Source: Blepharisma stoltei ATCC 30299 (Eukaryota > Protista > Ciliophora). From it: a DNA stretch of 64,000 nucleotides. A program made the position numbers and the translations under genes. Positions within the stretch are counted from its first letter, which is position 1. The number at the start of each line of letters is the position of its first letter. The notes under the pieces are model-generated. The model ran no database searches. It was given only the letters and a program-made list of their open reading frames with translations, and was not told where the DNA came from. Of this stretch, positions 22,036-32,396 are shown one piece after another. The DNA is taken from the NCBI GenBank assembly GCA_965603825.1, contig CBFDEM010000005.1, positions 248,001 to 312,000 of the forward strand, given 5' to 3'.

Positions 22036-22953
22036 TTATAATAAAAATTCTTGAAAATAAGCCAGGGTCGCTGAAGAAAACGTTGAGTTGGTATTGTGTT
22101 CTAAATTGCTATAAATCATGCTTTCTGATTCACTTCCAAAAGAAATATTATATTTCTTCATAATGCTTCCAGTTTCTAAGCCTCTGCTCCGCAACTCTTG
22201 AAGCATCATAATGATTTTTGACTCTCTTAATTTATAGTGACTTACATCCCATTTGATTTCTTTTATTTTTTTGTTTTTTTCGTGAAGCTCTTCAATAAGC
22301 TTATACTGTGGGCTTTCTTTGCATTTACCAAAAGCTTCCATTGTTTTAACATTTTTTAATTTAAGTTCTTCAAATTTTGTTTTCAAAATTGTGTTTTCTT
22401 TTATTAAATCTTCGATTTTTTCATTTAAAACTATTTTTTCATTAATCAGAGAAACAACTTGCTTTGCTTTACCGTCATATTTTTTTTTCCATTTATTTGA
22501 TTCTATTTCGCTAAGAGCATCATGGAGAGTATATTGTATGACTCTGAGGAAATCTGAAATCCCAGAAGGTAGCTTCATTATCTCTTCTAAGATCTCTATT
22601 TGAAATCTTATTCTTTTGCTGGTGTTTTCATTATTTTCGGAATTACAGAAATTTCTAACCTTATCATCAATGAGCAAAAATTCTTTGTTGTAGCTGGAGT
22701 TGATGGCTTCAGAAGCACTATTTATATGAGCTTTCGAACTTGCTGCCACTGAGCTAAACGATAATTTTTGTGATAGATTTTGGACTCTAGGTAATTTTTC
22801 TACACTTGATGATCGGCGTCCTGCTGCATGTTTAAGACTTAGTGAGAATGCGGGGTTTTTTATAGGTGTCGTTGGGCCGCTGAAAGGAGATGCTAAAGAT
22901 GACTGCGGTTCTGAACAGTTAATAAATCTTCTGGGTTGTTTTTTTAATGACAT
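22036..22953 (-). CDS. Hypothetical coiled-coil protein (305 aa)
   Basis: ATG-to-TAA ORF, convergent with the previous gene (20-bp gap). Confidence 0.7.
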   Translation of the reverse strand: MSLKKQPRRFINCSEPQSSLASPFSGPTTPIKNPAFSLSLKHAAGRRSSSVEKLPRVQNLSQKLSFSSVAASSKAHINSASEAINSSYNKEFLLIDDKVRNFCNSENNENTSKRIRFQIEILEEIMKLPSGISDFLRVIQYTLHDALSEIESNKWKKKYDGKAKQVVSLINEKIVLNEKIEDLIKENTILKTKFEELKLKNVKTMEAFGKCKESPQYKLIEELHEKNKKIKEIKWDVSHYKLRESKIIMMLQELRSRGLETGSIMKKYNISFGSESESMIYSNLEHNTNSTFSSATLAYFQEFLL

Positions 22954-23329
22954 TTTATATATTATCGTAAAGAATCATGTTTTTTATTTTTTATGTCTAT
23001 AAAGCTCTCTTAAAATATCCTTTATGCAAAACCAGTTTATAAAGAGTTATAATTTTACCATATTAGTAGTCTCAAAATGAAATGAATGGTACTAAGGCTG
23101 CCATTTTATGTTGTATATAGCCTTAATATTAATTAGGATAATTATATTTCCAAAAATGTCTTAAAGCATCAACTTTTCTTTGATATTTTTTTATTTTTAG
23201 ATAATAAAAACCAGTAACTAAATCAGCATTTAAATTAAGCATTAAATATAGTTTAGCCCAAATTTTATTTGGTTTAAAAATCAAAATTCAATTTAAATGT
23301 AAAACCTTTGAGTTTTCTCATTATTATAT

Positions 23330-24325
23330 TTATGCTTTGCGTCTGTACCTTTGACCTCTTCTTTGGCCTCTTTTTTCCCCTCTATCCCCTTTGCCTCCTC
23401 TTTCGCTTTTTTCAACTTTCTCAGCTTTATTTTGCTTCTTTCTGCTTTTAACTTCCACAAATTCGTCTTGATCACTTCCGGGCTTTTTTTTGACTTCCTC
23501 CACTTTCTTTTCTTCTTCTCTCTCAGGCACATAGCTTTTTTCAATTTCTTCCGATTTTTCTTCTTTTATTTCCACATGTTCTTCCACAATTTCCTCTTTC
23601 TTTTCCTCAACCACTGTTTCCTGCACTTCCTCTACCTTTTCTTCCACAATTTCTTCAGGCTCTTCTCTAATTTCTGCAGCTTCTCCCCAATCTTTTTCGT
23701 CTTTGACTTCCCAGTTTCCATTCCAAGCTGGCCCAGTTTCCAGCGTTAACTCAGGTTTTTGAACAGGAGTTTCTGGTCTTACGTGGTTTATAAAGGTCCT
23801 GAGGATATTATTGACGAATTCATTCAAACTAAAGTAGGTGCTTTTGGATCCTTCAAGATAAGCCTGGGATCGGGTGAGATATTTTTCCATATGTGTAATG
23901 GTCGCTATCAAAATATCTTCAAACTTCGCTCCAGGAGTCCCAGAAACTTCTTTAGCGATTCGTTCCAGCCCTTCCGCCATATCTTTTTCTTCTGGATCAA
24001 GGCTTGCGTAGATGTCTGGATGTGTCAAAAATTCGCAGACCGCCCACAAATTTACAACTTCTGGGCTCAAGTCAATTTCCTGAGGTTTTTCTGGCTCCAC
24101 TGGCTTGGTAGTGGGAGGTGTGACGCTAGGCAAACTGGCCATCGCTCTTTCAACTTCAAGAATTGAGTTTTCCACTTGAGATTGCTGTTTTAGAACGTCT
24201 GGGGAAAGTTTTTTTCCAGATGAAGCTGAGTCCTTTTTCTTTTGCTCGAATTTTTCGGCTTTTTTCTTGAGGTTACGAAGGCGTTTTTGAAGGATTCTCA
24301 GGAATGAATCTGATTCACTCTCCAT
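23330..24325 (-). CDS. Caprin-like / RGG-tail RNA-binding protein (331 aa)
   Basis: N-terminal ILQKRLRNLKKK..GKKLSPD coiled coil resembles caprin HR1; Glu-rich middle; FVEVKSRKK and an RGG-rich C-terminus. Confidence 0.6.
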   Translation of the reverse strand: MESESDSFLRILQKRLRNLKKKAEKFEQKKKDSASSGKKLSPDVLKQQSQVENSILEVERAMASLPSVTPPTTKPVEPEKPQEIDLSPEVVNLWAVCEFLTHPDIYASLDPEEKDMAEGLERIAKEVSGTPGAKFEDILIATITHMEKYLTRSQAYLEGSKSTYFSLNEFVNNILRTFINHVRPETPVQKPELTLETGPAWNGNWEVKDEKDWGEAAEIREEPEEIVEEKVEEVQETVVEEKKEEIVEEHVEIKEEKSEEIEKSYVPEREEEKKVEEVKKKPGSDQDEFVEVKSRKKQNKAEKVEKSERGGKGDRGEKRGQRRGQRYRRKA

Positions 24326-24497
24326 TTATTCTTAGAAATGATTGTGAACTAAAAAGAGATATTGCATGAACTAAAAAAATTGGGGTTTTCAGGAAGTTAG
24401 CGAATAGTTTTAGAATTTTTAAGGGTTTTGGGGTTCATGGGGAAGAAATGGGTAGATTTTCGATATTTAATTATGAAACAGGAGAAAGAAAAATAGA

Positions 24498-24569
24498 GGC
24501 CGTTTGGTCTAGTGGTATGATTCTCGCTTAGGGTGCGAGAGGTCCCGGGTTCAATTCCCGGAACGGCCC
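24498..24569 (+). tRNA. tRNA-Pro (anticodon AGG), intronless
   Basis: Acceptor stem GGCCGTT/AACGGCC, D-arm TGGTCTAGTGGTATGATT, anticodon arm CTCGC-TTAGGGT-GCGAG, T-arm CCGGG-TTCAATT-CCCGG; 72 nt. Confidence 0.97.
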
Positions 24570-24574
24570 TTTTT
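24570..24574 (+). terminator. Pol III oligo-T terminator
   Basis: TTTTT immediately follows the tRNA discriminator base. Confidence 0.7.
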
Positions 24575-24819
24575 AACCCTAGCAAGATAATTTTATCTCT
24601 CTGGGTAGTTTTAGGTTGTATAATAATAAGCTGCATCTTGAAATTTAGCAAAAGAGCAGCATAAGCTGCTTTCTATACAATAGATAAAATAAAACAATAT
24701 GGTAGCCATTATCTAATCAATTTTTAGCTCACCTTATTATTTATTATCAACAAAAGCCTTATTTAGAAAAATCAAACGTACAGTTATCTGATTAAATATT
24801 ATTGTTGCCAGCTTCAAGC

Positions 24820-25578
24820 TTAGTTTGGAGTATTCAGCATCCCTTTGACCTCTTTGAGCATCTCCTCAAGCTTTTCTGCTTTCTGCTTTAATGTGTTTAA
24901 ATAATTGATTTTTGCTTCTGGAGTCAGTGAGCTTGCATCATTTTCTAAGTCTTTTTGGAATTCCGTAATACTTTTACCAAGCAAAGTATTATTGCTGTGT
25001 TCGCAAAACAAAAAGCTGTCTGTGTTAGGAATCTGTTCATAATCTTGAACAACGATCTGATAGCTGCTTGCCTTGCTCTCTCTTGCCTTTTTTGCAGCCA
25101 TATTAAATCTATTTTGATCACTAAACGAGGCGTTTTTCTTGATAACTCCATAGAAACGATTCTTTACAGCGTCTGCGGCTCGGCCTGGTATTAATTTTGC
25201 AATTGTTTTCCAGTCTAAAGCGTACTGAAAATATAGATCAACGAGCAGTTTATCTTCATCTGCAGTCCATCTTTTAGACTTTGATTTCCGGATCCTTCTG
25301 CATCTGGCTTGCTTCTCGCTCATTGGGCTTGGCGGGGATTCCAAGTAGGTGTCCTTGTATTGGTTAGGGGAAAGACTTTGAAGGTTTGAGCTGCTAAAGT
25401 ATAACATAAAACTTGGGTCGTCAAAATCTTGTTGGTCATCTGAAAAATCTGTTGAGGTTGTGTCTGCACTGGGACTTTGTGACCCCGTTGAGTATAAAAG
25501 ATCAAAATTTGTAGCCAAAGAGGAATTTTCCAAATTTTCCACGGTGCTAAATTTAAATTTTTGTTGAGTACTCTCCAT
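24820..25578 (-). CDS. Single-repeat Myb/SANT protein, paralog A (252 aa)
   Basis: KRWTADEDKLLVDLYFQYALDWKTIAKLIPGRAADAVKNRFY; C-terminal coiled coil; ends TAA. Confidence 0.9.
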   Translation of the reverse strand: MESTQQKFKFSTVENLENSSLATNFDLLYSTGSQSPSADTTSTDFSDDQQDFDDPSFMLYFSSSNLQSLSPNQYKDTYLESPPSPMSEKQARCRRIRKSKSKRWTADEDKLLVDLYFQYALDWKTIAKLIPGRAADAVKNRFYGVIKKNASFSDQNRFNMAAKKARESKASSYQIVVQDYEQIPNTDSFLFCEHSNNTLLGKSITEFQKDLENDASSLTPEAKINYLNTLKQKAEKLEEMLKEVKGMLNTPN

Positions 25579-26000
25579 ATTTATTATTTATATTTCTAAT
25601 TAGCATTAAAAATTAGCATTTATGAGGGATAAAAATTTAAACTCAATATCAAATTAATTAAGCAATTGAGATTTTACTAAGCTATAAAAATTTTACTCTG
25701 TCAAGGGCTTGCTGTATTATGAATTTGCAGGTACATTTTTAAAAAAAAATTATTTACGGAAAAGACTGAATTTAAAATTATATTTTGGCACAAATTTGAA
25801 TTTTTTACCTGGAAGAAGATTTGTTTTAGTGTCAGTATTATTTAATAATAAATCAGATTATGAAAATTAAGAAAAATAATATTTCATAAGGAGGAATTTT
25901 ATTGACTTAAAAATGTACTAATATCTATTTCGAAACGGATTCACTATCTATGAGTTCAAATATCAGGAGCTGAAGCAATTTTTATTAAAAAACATTATTA

Positions 26001-26762
26001 TTAATTTTGTTTATCTCCTGGAAAATTTCTTAACATATCTCTGACTTGTTTAATTTGTTCTTCAAGCTTTTCCGCACTCTTTTTTAGAGTATCCAAATAT
26101 ACAACTTTTGCCTCTGAGCTTATTTTGTTTCCATTTTTTTGCAAGCCGTTTTTCAATTCGTTTAGACTTTTATCCAAAATCGTGCTGTTTTTTTCAAGCA
26201 CTTCAAGCTTCTCAGTGCCAGTTTCATCACTAATACTAGGAAGAGCTGAGCAATCGCTATTTGCCCTATTTTCTCTAGCTTTTTGGACAACCATGTTTAA
26301 GTTTTTTTGATCACTTCATGATGCATTTTTCTTAATAACTCCGTAAAACCGATTTTTTACAGCGTCTGCTGCTCGGCCAGGTATAAATTGTGCAATAGTT
26401 TTCCAGTCTAGAGCGTATTGGAAATAAAGCTCAATTAGGAGCTTATCTTCGTCTGCAGTTCATCTGCTTGATTTAGACTTTAAAATCCGTTTACGTCTGA
26501 TTTGTTTACTTTTATTTGAATTTGATATCTCTTTGCAAACATTAATTGGGTTTAATTTTGAAAAATCACCATTTAGCTTGATATCACTAAAATAAAGCAT
26601 ATAACTGGGATCTTCAAGATATTCTGGGTCTTCTGTAGACATCGCTTCCTGATAAGGACTCTCAGGATCTTTTCCATTATGTGTGTTGAAATTAGAAATT
26701 TTTGGGAAAAGGTCGGAAGATGAGTCAGATACAAGTAAAATTTCTTGAGGCGAATTTTCCAT
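26001..26762 (-). CDS. Single-repeat Myb/SANT protein, paralog B, tandem duplicate (253 aa)
   Basis: SR-W(TGA 26460)-TADEDKLLIELYFQYALDWKTIAQFIPGRAADAVKNRFY; second TGA near 26317. Shares DPS.MLYFS and EAK..YL.TLK..AEKLEE with paralog A. Confidence 0.9.
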
Positions 26763-27066
26763 ATAGGCTTATAAAGCTAAAATATTTTTAGCAGTATCCA
26801 TTTTTATTAACTGAATTGAAATGCTTGCCTACAATGGTATACAGTAAGGATAAATTAAAGCCCGTGATTACTTGAATTTTATATTTCTTTATTATTATAG
26901 AATTTTGAGGAATTAAACTACCAACTTTTAAATAAGCAGCCTAACATTTTGCTAATTACCTATTTTTAATAAGTTAGCTATATATTAATTGCATGATTGA
27001 TTATCCATAAAATTAGGCTCACAAAAAGAAAATTCCACATAAATTAATCTAAATAAATAAAATGGC

Positions 27067-28257
27067 TTAAGGCTTATAGCTATCAAGTCCAAGCTGGGTT
27101 CTCTGAGTTAAATACACGCTTTGGACTTGATTACACATTTTTATGACATCTGAATCTGGCTTATTATAAAGTCTACAATTTTCAAAAACCAAATCGAGAT
27201 CTTTAATAAACTCTTCTCCTGACTTGTAAACATTATTATTGAGTTTCTTCTTTATTGTTCCAAAATCCATAGGCCGCTTCACAATATCAAAATAGTCAAG
27301 GATGTTTAACTTCACTGGATCTACAGGCTCATGGAAAATCCATGCATGATTAGCTCTCCACAAATTTGCGATCAGCTTTTTCCCTGGTTTTTCCCATGGT
27401 TTTATTTTGTCAATGGAATCTTGGTCCATTCTGTCAAGCTCTTCCAAGGTTTCTGGATTTTTCCAATACTTCGCAATATCAGGATGGTCTTCTTCAAACT
27501 TCATCAGCTCTTCTTGAGAAATTGGCCTTTCCTCCCCTTTTTCGTCAACAATCATGAGCTGGCACTTCAATTTTTTGCCTCCTTTTCTCTTTTCTTCCTT
27601 TTTTTTCGTTTCGTCTGGTTCTTTCTTTTTCCCTCCTTTATCAAGAGCTCCTTTACTTATCAAATAATCAATCATGATTTTTATGTTTGATTTTTTAGCC
27701 CAGGTTAAAGGAGTGTTCCTTGACTTGTCCTGATGGTTAATATTAGCTCCATTTTCAACCAATGCTTGTGTAGCTTCAAATTTTCCTTCACGGCAAGAAT
27801 AGAAAATTGGCGTTTGTCCTAAATTATCGACCAGATTTACATCTGCTCCTCGAGCTATTAAAGTTGTAACTGTTGAAGTATGGCCTTCTCTTGAAGCGTA
27901 ATAGAGAGGTGATTGGCCATATGCGTCTCTTGCATTGGGATCTGCTCCAGCGTTAATAAGCATTTCGACTTGGACATCATGGCCATGCCGGGAGGCATAG
28001 AATAGGACAGATTGCTGAAGTGCGTCTTTATAGTTTGCATCTGCACCTTCTCTAAGTAAAAGTTCAGTAATTTGATTTCCAATATCAATATTTTGATGCT
28101 GAGCACTATAATAAAGACAAGTATGGCGAGATTGAGAGTTGTCAGTAAGGCTAAGGAGGAATTTTTTGGGATAATTTTGAAGTTCATTTGAGACCTCTTC
28201 AAAGCTACCTGTTTTTATAAGCTCGAACCAACGAGCCTTATCATACTCAGAGCTCAT
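27067..28257 (-). CDS. Ankyrin-repeat plus bromodomain protein, BDP1-like architecture (396 aa)
   Basis: About 5 ankyrin repeats (GQSPLYYASREGH, GQTPIFYSCREG). Bromodomain AWIFHEPVDP..ILDYFDIVKRPMDFGTI...LVFENCRLYN. Confidence 0.92.
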   Translation of the reverse strand: MSSEYDKARWFELIKTGSFEEVSNELQNYPKKFLLSLTDNSQSRHTCLYYSAQHQNIDIGNQITELLLREGADANYKDALQQSVLFYASRHGHDVQVEMLINAGADPNARDAYGQSPLYYASREGHTSTVTTLIARGADVNLVDNLGQTPIFYSCREGKFEATQALVENGANINHQDKSRNTPLTWAKKSNIKIMIDYLISKGALDKGGKKKEPDETKKKEEKRKGGKKLKCQLMIVDEKGEERPISQEELMKFEEDHPDIAKYWKNPETLEELDRMDQDSIDKIKPWEKPGKKLIANLWRANHAWIFHEPVDPVKLNILDYFDIVKRPMDFGTIKKKLNNNVYKSGEEFIKDLDLVFENCRLYNKPDSDVIKMCNQVQSVYLTQRTQLGLDSYKP

Positions 28258-28890
28258 TTTATTATTATAGCCATTTTAGTTTCAAATAAAATTATACTTA
28301 ACTTTATAAAGGTTAATCCTCATCAGATAAGGTCGTCAATTTTAACAAAATAAATGCTTAAAAATTATTCATACTAAAGCGGCGCTTTAGATGTCCAATT
28401 ATTTTGATTAAAAACATTTGCATTATTTTACAAAGTACTTGAGAAGAATGGATACTATAAGTAAAAGCTGATCAAAATATATATTTTTCTTTATATCTTA
28501 ATTTATTTTTTGCGAATGATGTTTAATTATTGAAACTCAAGCATAATTGCTGTGAAATTTATTAAATATGGCTTGAAATTCTTATGGCAAAATTCCGATG
28601 GTCTCATCCCTATATCGAATTGAATCAACAGCTCAAATTTTACAAGAAAATTCGTCTATTTTTTATTCTAAAATAATTCTTTTAAAACTTTTCTCTTTAT
28701 AATGATTCCATTTTAGCAGTTTTTCCTCCCATCTATTAGCTTTAGAACATATTATCTATTCAAAAAACAATTTTTTATATTTCTCAATTCCTTTTAATAA
28801 TCAAAATCTTTCATCCACATTCAAATTACTAAATCAGCAACATCTGATCAAAAATAAACGAACTATAAATTTTAAAGTAAGTTAAAAATA

Positions 28891-29970
28891 ATGGGATCTG
28901 ACACGTCCAAACCAACCAACATGAAAGGGGATTTATATATCTCTCTAGAAGATAAAAATGTAATTGCAGGAGACTATGTCCGTGGGAACGTTCATGCTCA
29001 TCTTAAAGATTCCGTTGCAAGCCCAAAGCTCATTGTCTTTTTCCGAGGAAAAGAAGTTGTAGAATTTCTCACAGAGCACCAAGAAAGCAATGGCGATCAT
29101 GGTGCGATTACTTATCAGATAGACCACAGTGGCAAACAGCTTATCAAAAAAGGCAAAGCCATTATATTCAATAAGCCAAATATGACAGTTCCTTCTGGGA
29201 ATTATTGTGTTCCTTTTAGATTCAGACTATATGAAGACCTTCCGCCAAGCTTCAGTTCAGCAGTTTTCACTAAAGGTGTTGCTAAGCTTGAGTATAAAAT
29301 CGGTGCCTTGCTCGATGTCCAGGGTATCGAAATAATGAAATTCAAGAAGCCAATTAACGTTATGTCTAATTATTTTCCTATTCTCCCGGAGCTCTATCCT
29401 CGACAGATTAGTCATGAAGTTCATGGTTACAACAATACATTATGATGCATCAACAATGAGAAAGCCTCGTTAAAAGTGTGAATTGAAAAGGCAACTTTTG
29501 GGCTAGATGAGTCCATTGACCTCTTTGTAGAAGTAGATCTTAAAAACTTTTCTTCAGATATCAGAAGAGTAGAGGTCGAAATCAATAAAGTTACAACTGT
29601 GACCGCAAATAAGAAAAATTGTATTACGAAAACTCAGTCAAAAAGTCTGTGAAAAGATACATTTAAGACAGAAATTTTGGCAAGATCGGGGACTCAAAAC
29701 AGGAAATTCAGCATTCCGGTAGCTGCAATACTGAGAAATGATCGAACGTATACTATGAAGTCATGCTTAATTAAATGTCAATATATTGCAAGGGTTAGGA
29801 TGCATACTGATTATAAGCTTTTCAGATGCACTGGATTCCCAGCAATCGAACAAGGGATCGTTATTTTACCATTTAAAGCAAATGGAATGCCCGAGCCTTC
29901 TACTTCAGCGAAGCTTGACAGCTCTATATCTCCATTGATAAGCCAAGCTTCAACTGCTGATGAGGCATAA
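28891..29970 (+). CDS. Arrestin-domain (alpha-arrestin-like) protein (359 aa)
   Basis: AGDYVRGNV, FRGKE, SGNYCVPFRFRL.EDLPPSF, LEYKIGA. Three TGA=Trp codons (29443, 29479, 29650); ends TAA. Confidence 0.85.
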
Positions 29971-30070
29971 TTACAGTTTGTCTTAAATAAGACTTTTGAA
30001 ATAGCTTGTAATCTAAATTCATTTGCTAAAAACCTAATTTTTTCATTTTAAACGAAATAAATAAAAAGCC

Positions 30071-32356
30071 ATGCAAAAAATAGGATGGGTCTTCCTCTTA
30101 ATACTTATAGCAATCTTTGTATATACACCTTACTATATTCCACAGAATCAATTGACAGTTCATAGGGGCTCTGCAAGACTTACGAGAATGAAGCTTCCTA
30201 AAAGTGCTTATGGCTTTTCGCTTCAATACCTTGATATATCGAAATCAAGAGGAGAAGCAACTGTTCCATTTCTATTTATTCATGGGCATAGAGGAAGTGT
30301 GAAACAAGCAATTAGCATGAATCAATTTTTCTCAAATAAAGGACTAAGTATTGATATGTACTCTGTAGATTTTAAAGAAGGTGCAGTAGGGGTATCAGAT
30401 TCTTTGCTGAGAGAGGAGGCAGATTTTATTAAATTATCCTTGATTGAGATTGCAAATAAATATCCAAACAAAAAAATTGGCTTAATTGCTCACTCAATGG
30501 GAGGGATTGCAGTTAGTCTTGCTCTTTCATTACCTGATGCTCCAGTCGACAAAATTTTAACATTAATTTCATTGAGCACCCCTTTCGAAGTTCACCCATT
30601 AAACCTTTACATCGACTCTGCACTTATTTACAAACAAATTCACGATTTCTGAAGAGACCCCAAAAACAGCCACATTTTTGTTCTTTCTGTATCAGGTGGA
30701 GTGAGAGATACAATGGTTCCTCCTCAATTAACAAATATTGAAGTTTACAAGCCAACTAATTCTTTGCACATATATTCAACACAAATTGAAGGTTTACATA
30801 AAGAAATGGACCATTTTGCTACTGTATGGGCACTTGAATTTTTTTCAAGACTTACAAAAGTAATAAAACACATTATTAATAATAAACCTGAAGATGTGAA
30901 AACTGTAGTAAAAAATTCATGGACCAACAGAATGAGTAGAATGATTAATTACGAGCAGAAATGGAAAGAAATTAATAAAAACATTACAATAGAGAGCGAT
31001 CCTATAGAACAGGATGATGGAAAGATAAGGGTAGAAGGCTATAAGCATTATAACCTGCCAAATAATAATGGTGATGGGCTATTAATTGTTGTCTGCTCCG
31101 TACCTATTGTGCTTTATAAAGAAACTAGGAGTGTTTTGGAATTGGAAACTGCAAGTCTTGTTTTCGAGGAAGAGTATTATTATAAAATTAATGTTAAAGC
31201 TGGAGACTCTTATCTTTATATGCCAACTGATGATTCATATGTGCTTTTTCAATTTATTTCAGCAATTTCAAATAATTATAGTTTCATGCCTGCAGCTTTA
31301 TTTGGTATCCATAATAAAATTGAAGGAAAAACGACTTTAGCAACCCATATACACCCTGGAAAAGAATTTTCTCAGTCAAGATATGCAATTCGTATTAAAA
31401 TTCATAGTGGTGGTCAAATAAAAGGAGCTTTAGCAAGCTGCGCGCATGAAGAATTAGTAAAATTCAACGAGACTGACTTCACTCTTTATTTTCATGAGTA
31501 CTGTGAAAATGGTCCTGATATTTGGATTTTTGGGTATGATAGGGAATTTAATTACACATTAGAATTTAAAATTGACATTGCGGCATCCTTGATTCTATTA
31601 GCAAGAGACCTTAAAACTCATGTAGTGTCAGCATTTGTATTTTTTGAGTTATTTGTAATTATTGAAAATTTATACAGGATAAATAGGTATTATTTTTTGG
31701 GGGTTTTTGGTGCTTGTCTTTATTTTGGGGATCAGTTTTTTAGAGTGAATGGGCTGCTTGGATATGATGAAGTTCGTGATGTAGGTTTAAAGCTGGGGAT
31801 AATTGATATTTTATTTATTCATGCAATGGGATTAGGATTATTTGCGTTTTTCAGAGGCTTATTTAGTGTCTTAAAATACATCAGCCATATGCTATTTGTA
31901 AGAATACCAAAACAGCTTCTCTTGTATAGCTTTTTAATTAGTCCATTGATTTACTACTATCCATGGCCAGTCATGTCACTTTTTGCTCTTATAAGCTTAG
32001 AAATCTGCTATTTCAAGCCAAAATTCTATGTAGAAATGCTTTTTTTCTCTTTCACGTTATTTAATTTTACAATTTTTAAACAAGTAGGCTGGTACATTGT
32101 AATACAAGATTACGGAATAATTGAAAAGATTTCTATATGAGATGCCTTTAATATTATTTCCTATTTATTTTTGGTGTTTATTCTTGCTTTTTCGCAGAGG
32201 ATACCTAACATAAAATACGATCTTTTATTTATCGCATTTTATATTGGCTGCTGTGCTCAAGATATTTTATATCGCATTAATGTCATTTTAGGCTTTTCTT
32301 GCATTTGGCTAGGATTTAGGATTATTTTCGCTAAAAAAGACAAAATAAAAGAATAA
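30071..32356 (+). CDS. PGAP1: GPI inositol-deacylase PGAP1/BST1-like (761 aa)
   Basis: N-terminal TM segment; LFIHGHRGSVKQ, IAHSMGG, LSTPF, F-W(TGA), SVSGGVRDTMVP, DH; several C-terminal TM segments. TGA at 30650 and 32138. Confidence 0.85.
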
Positions 32357-32396
32357 AATTTAAAAACAATTTATTTTTATAATGCTAAACAATTAA

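Noticed and set aside
24397-24651. 84-aa minus-strand ORF
   Set aside because: It is an antisense translation across tRNA-Pro.
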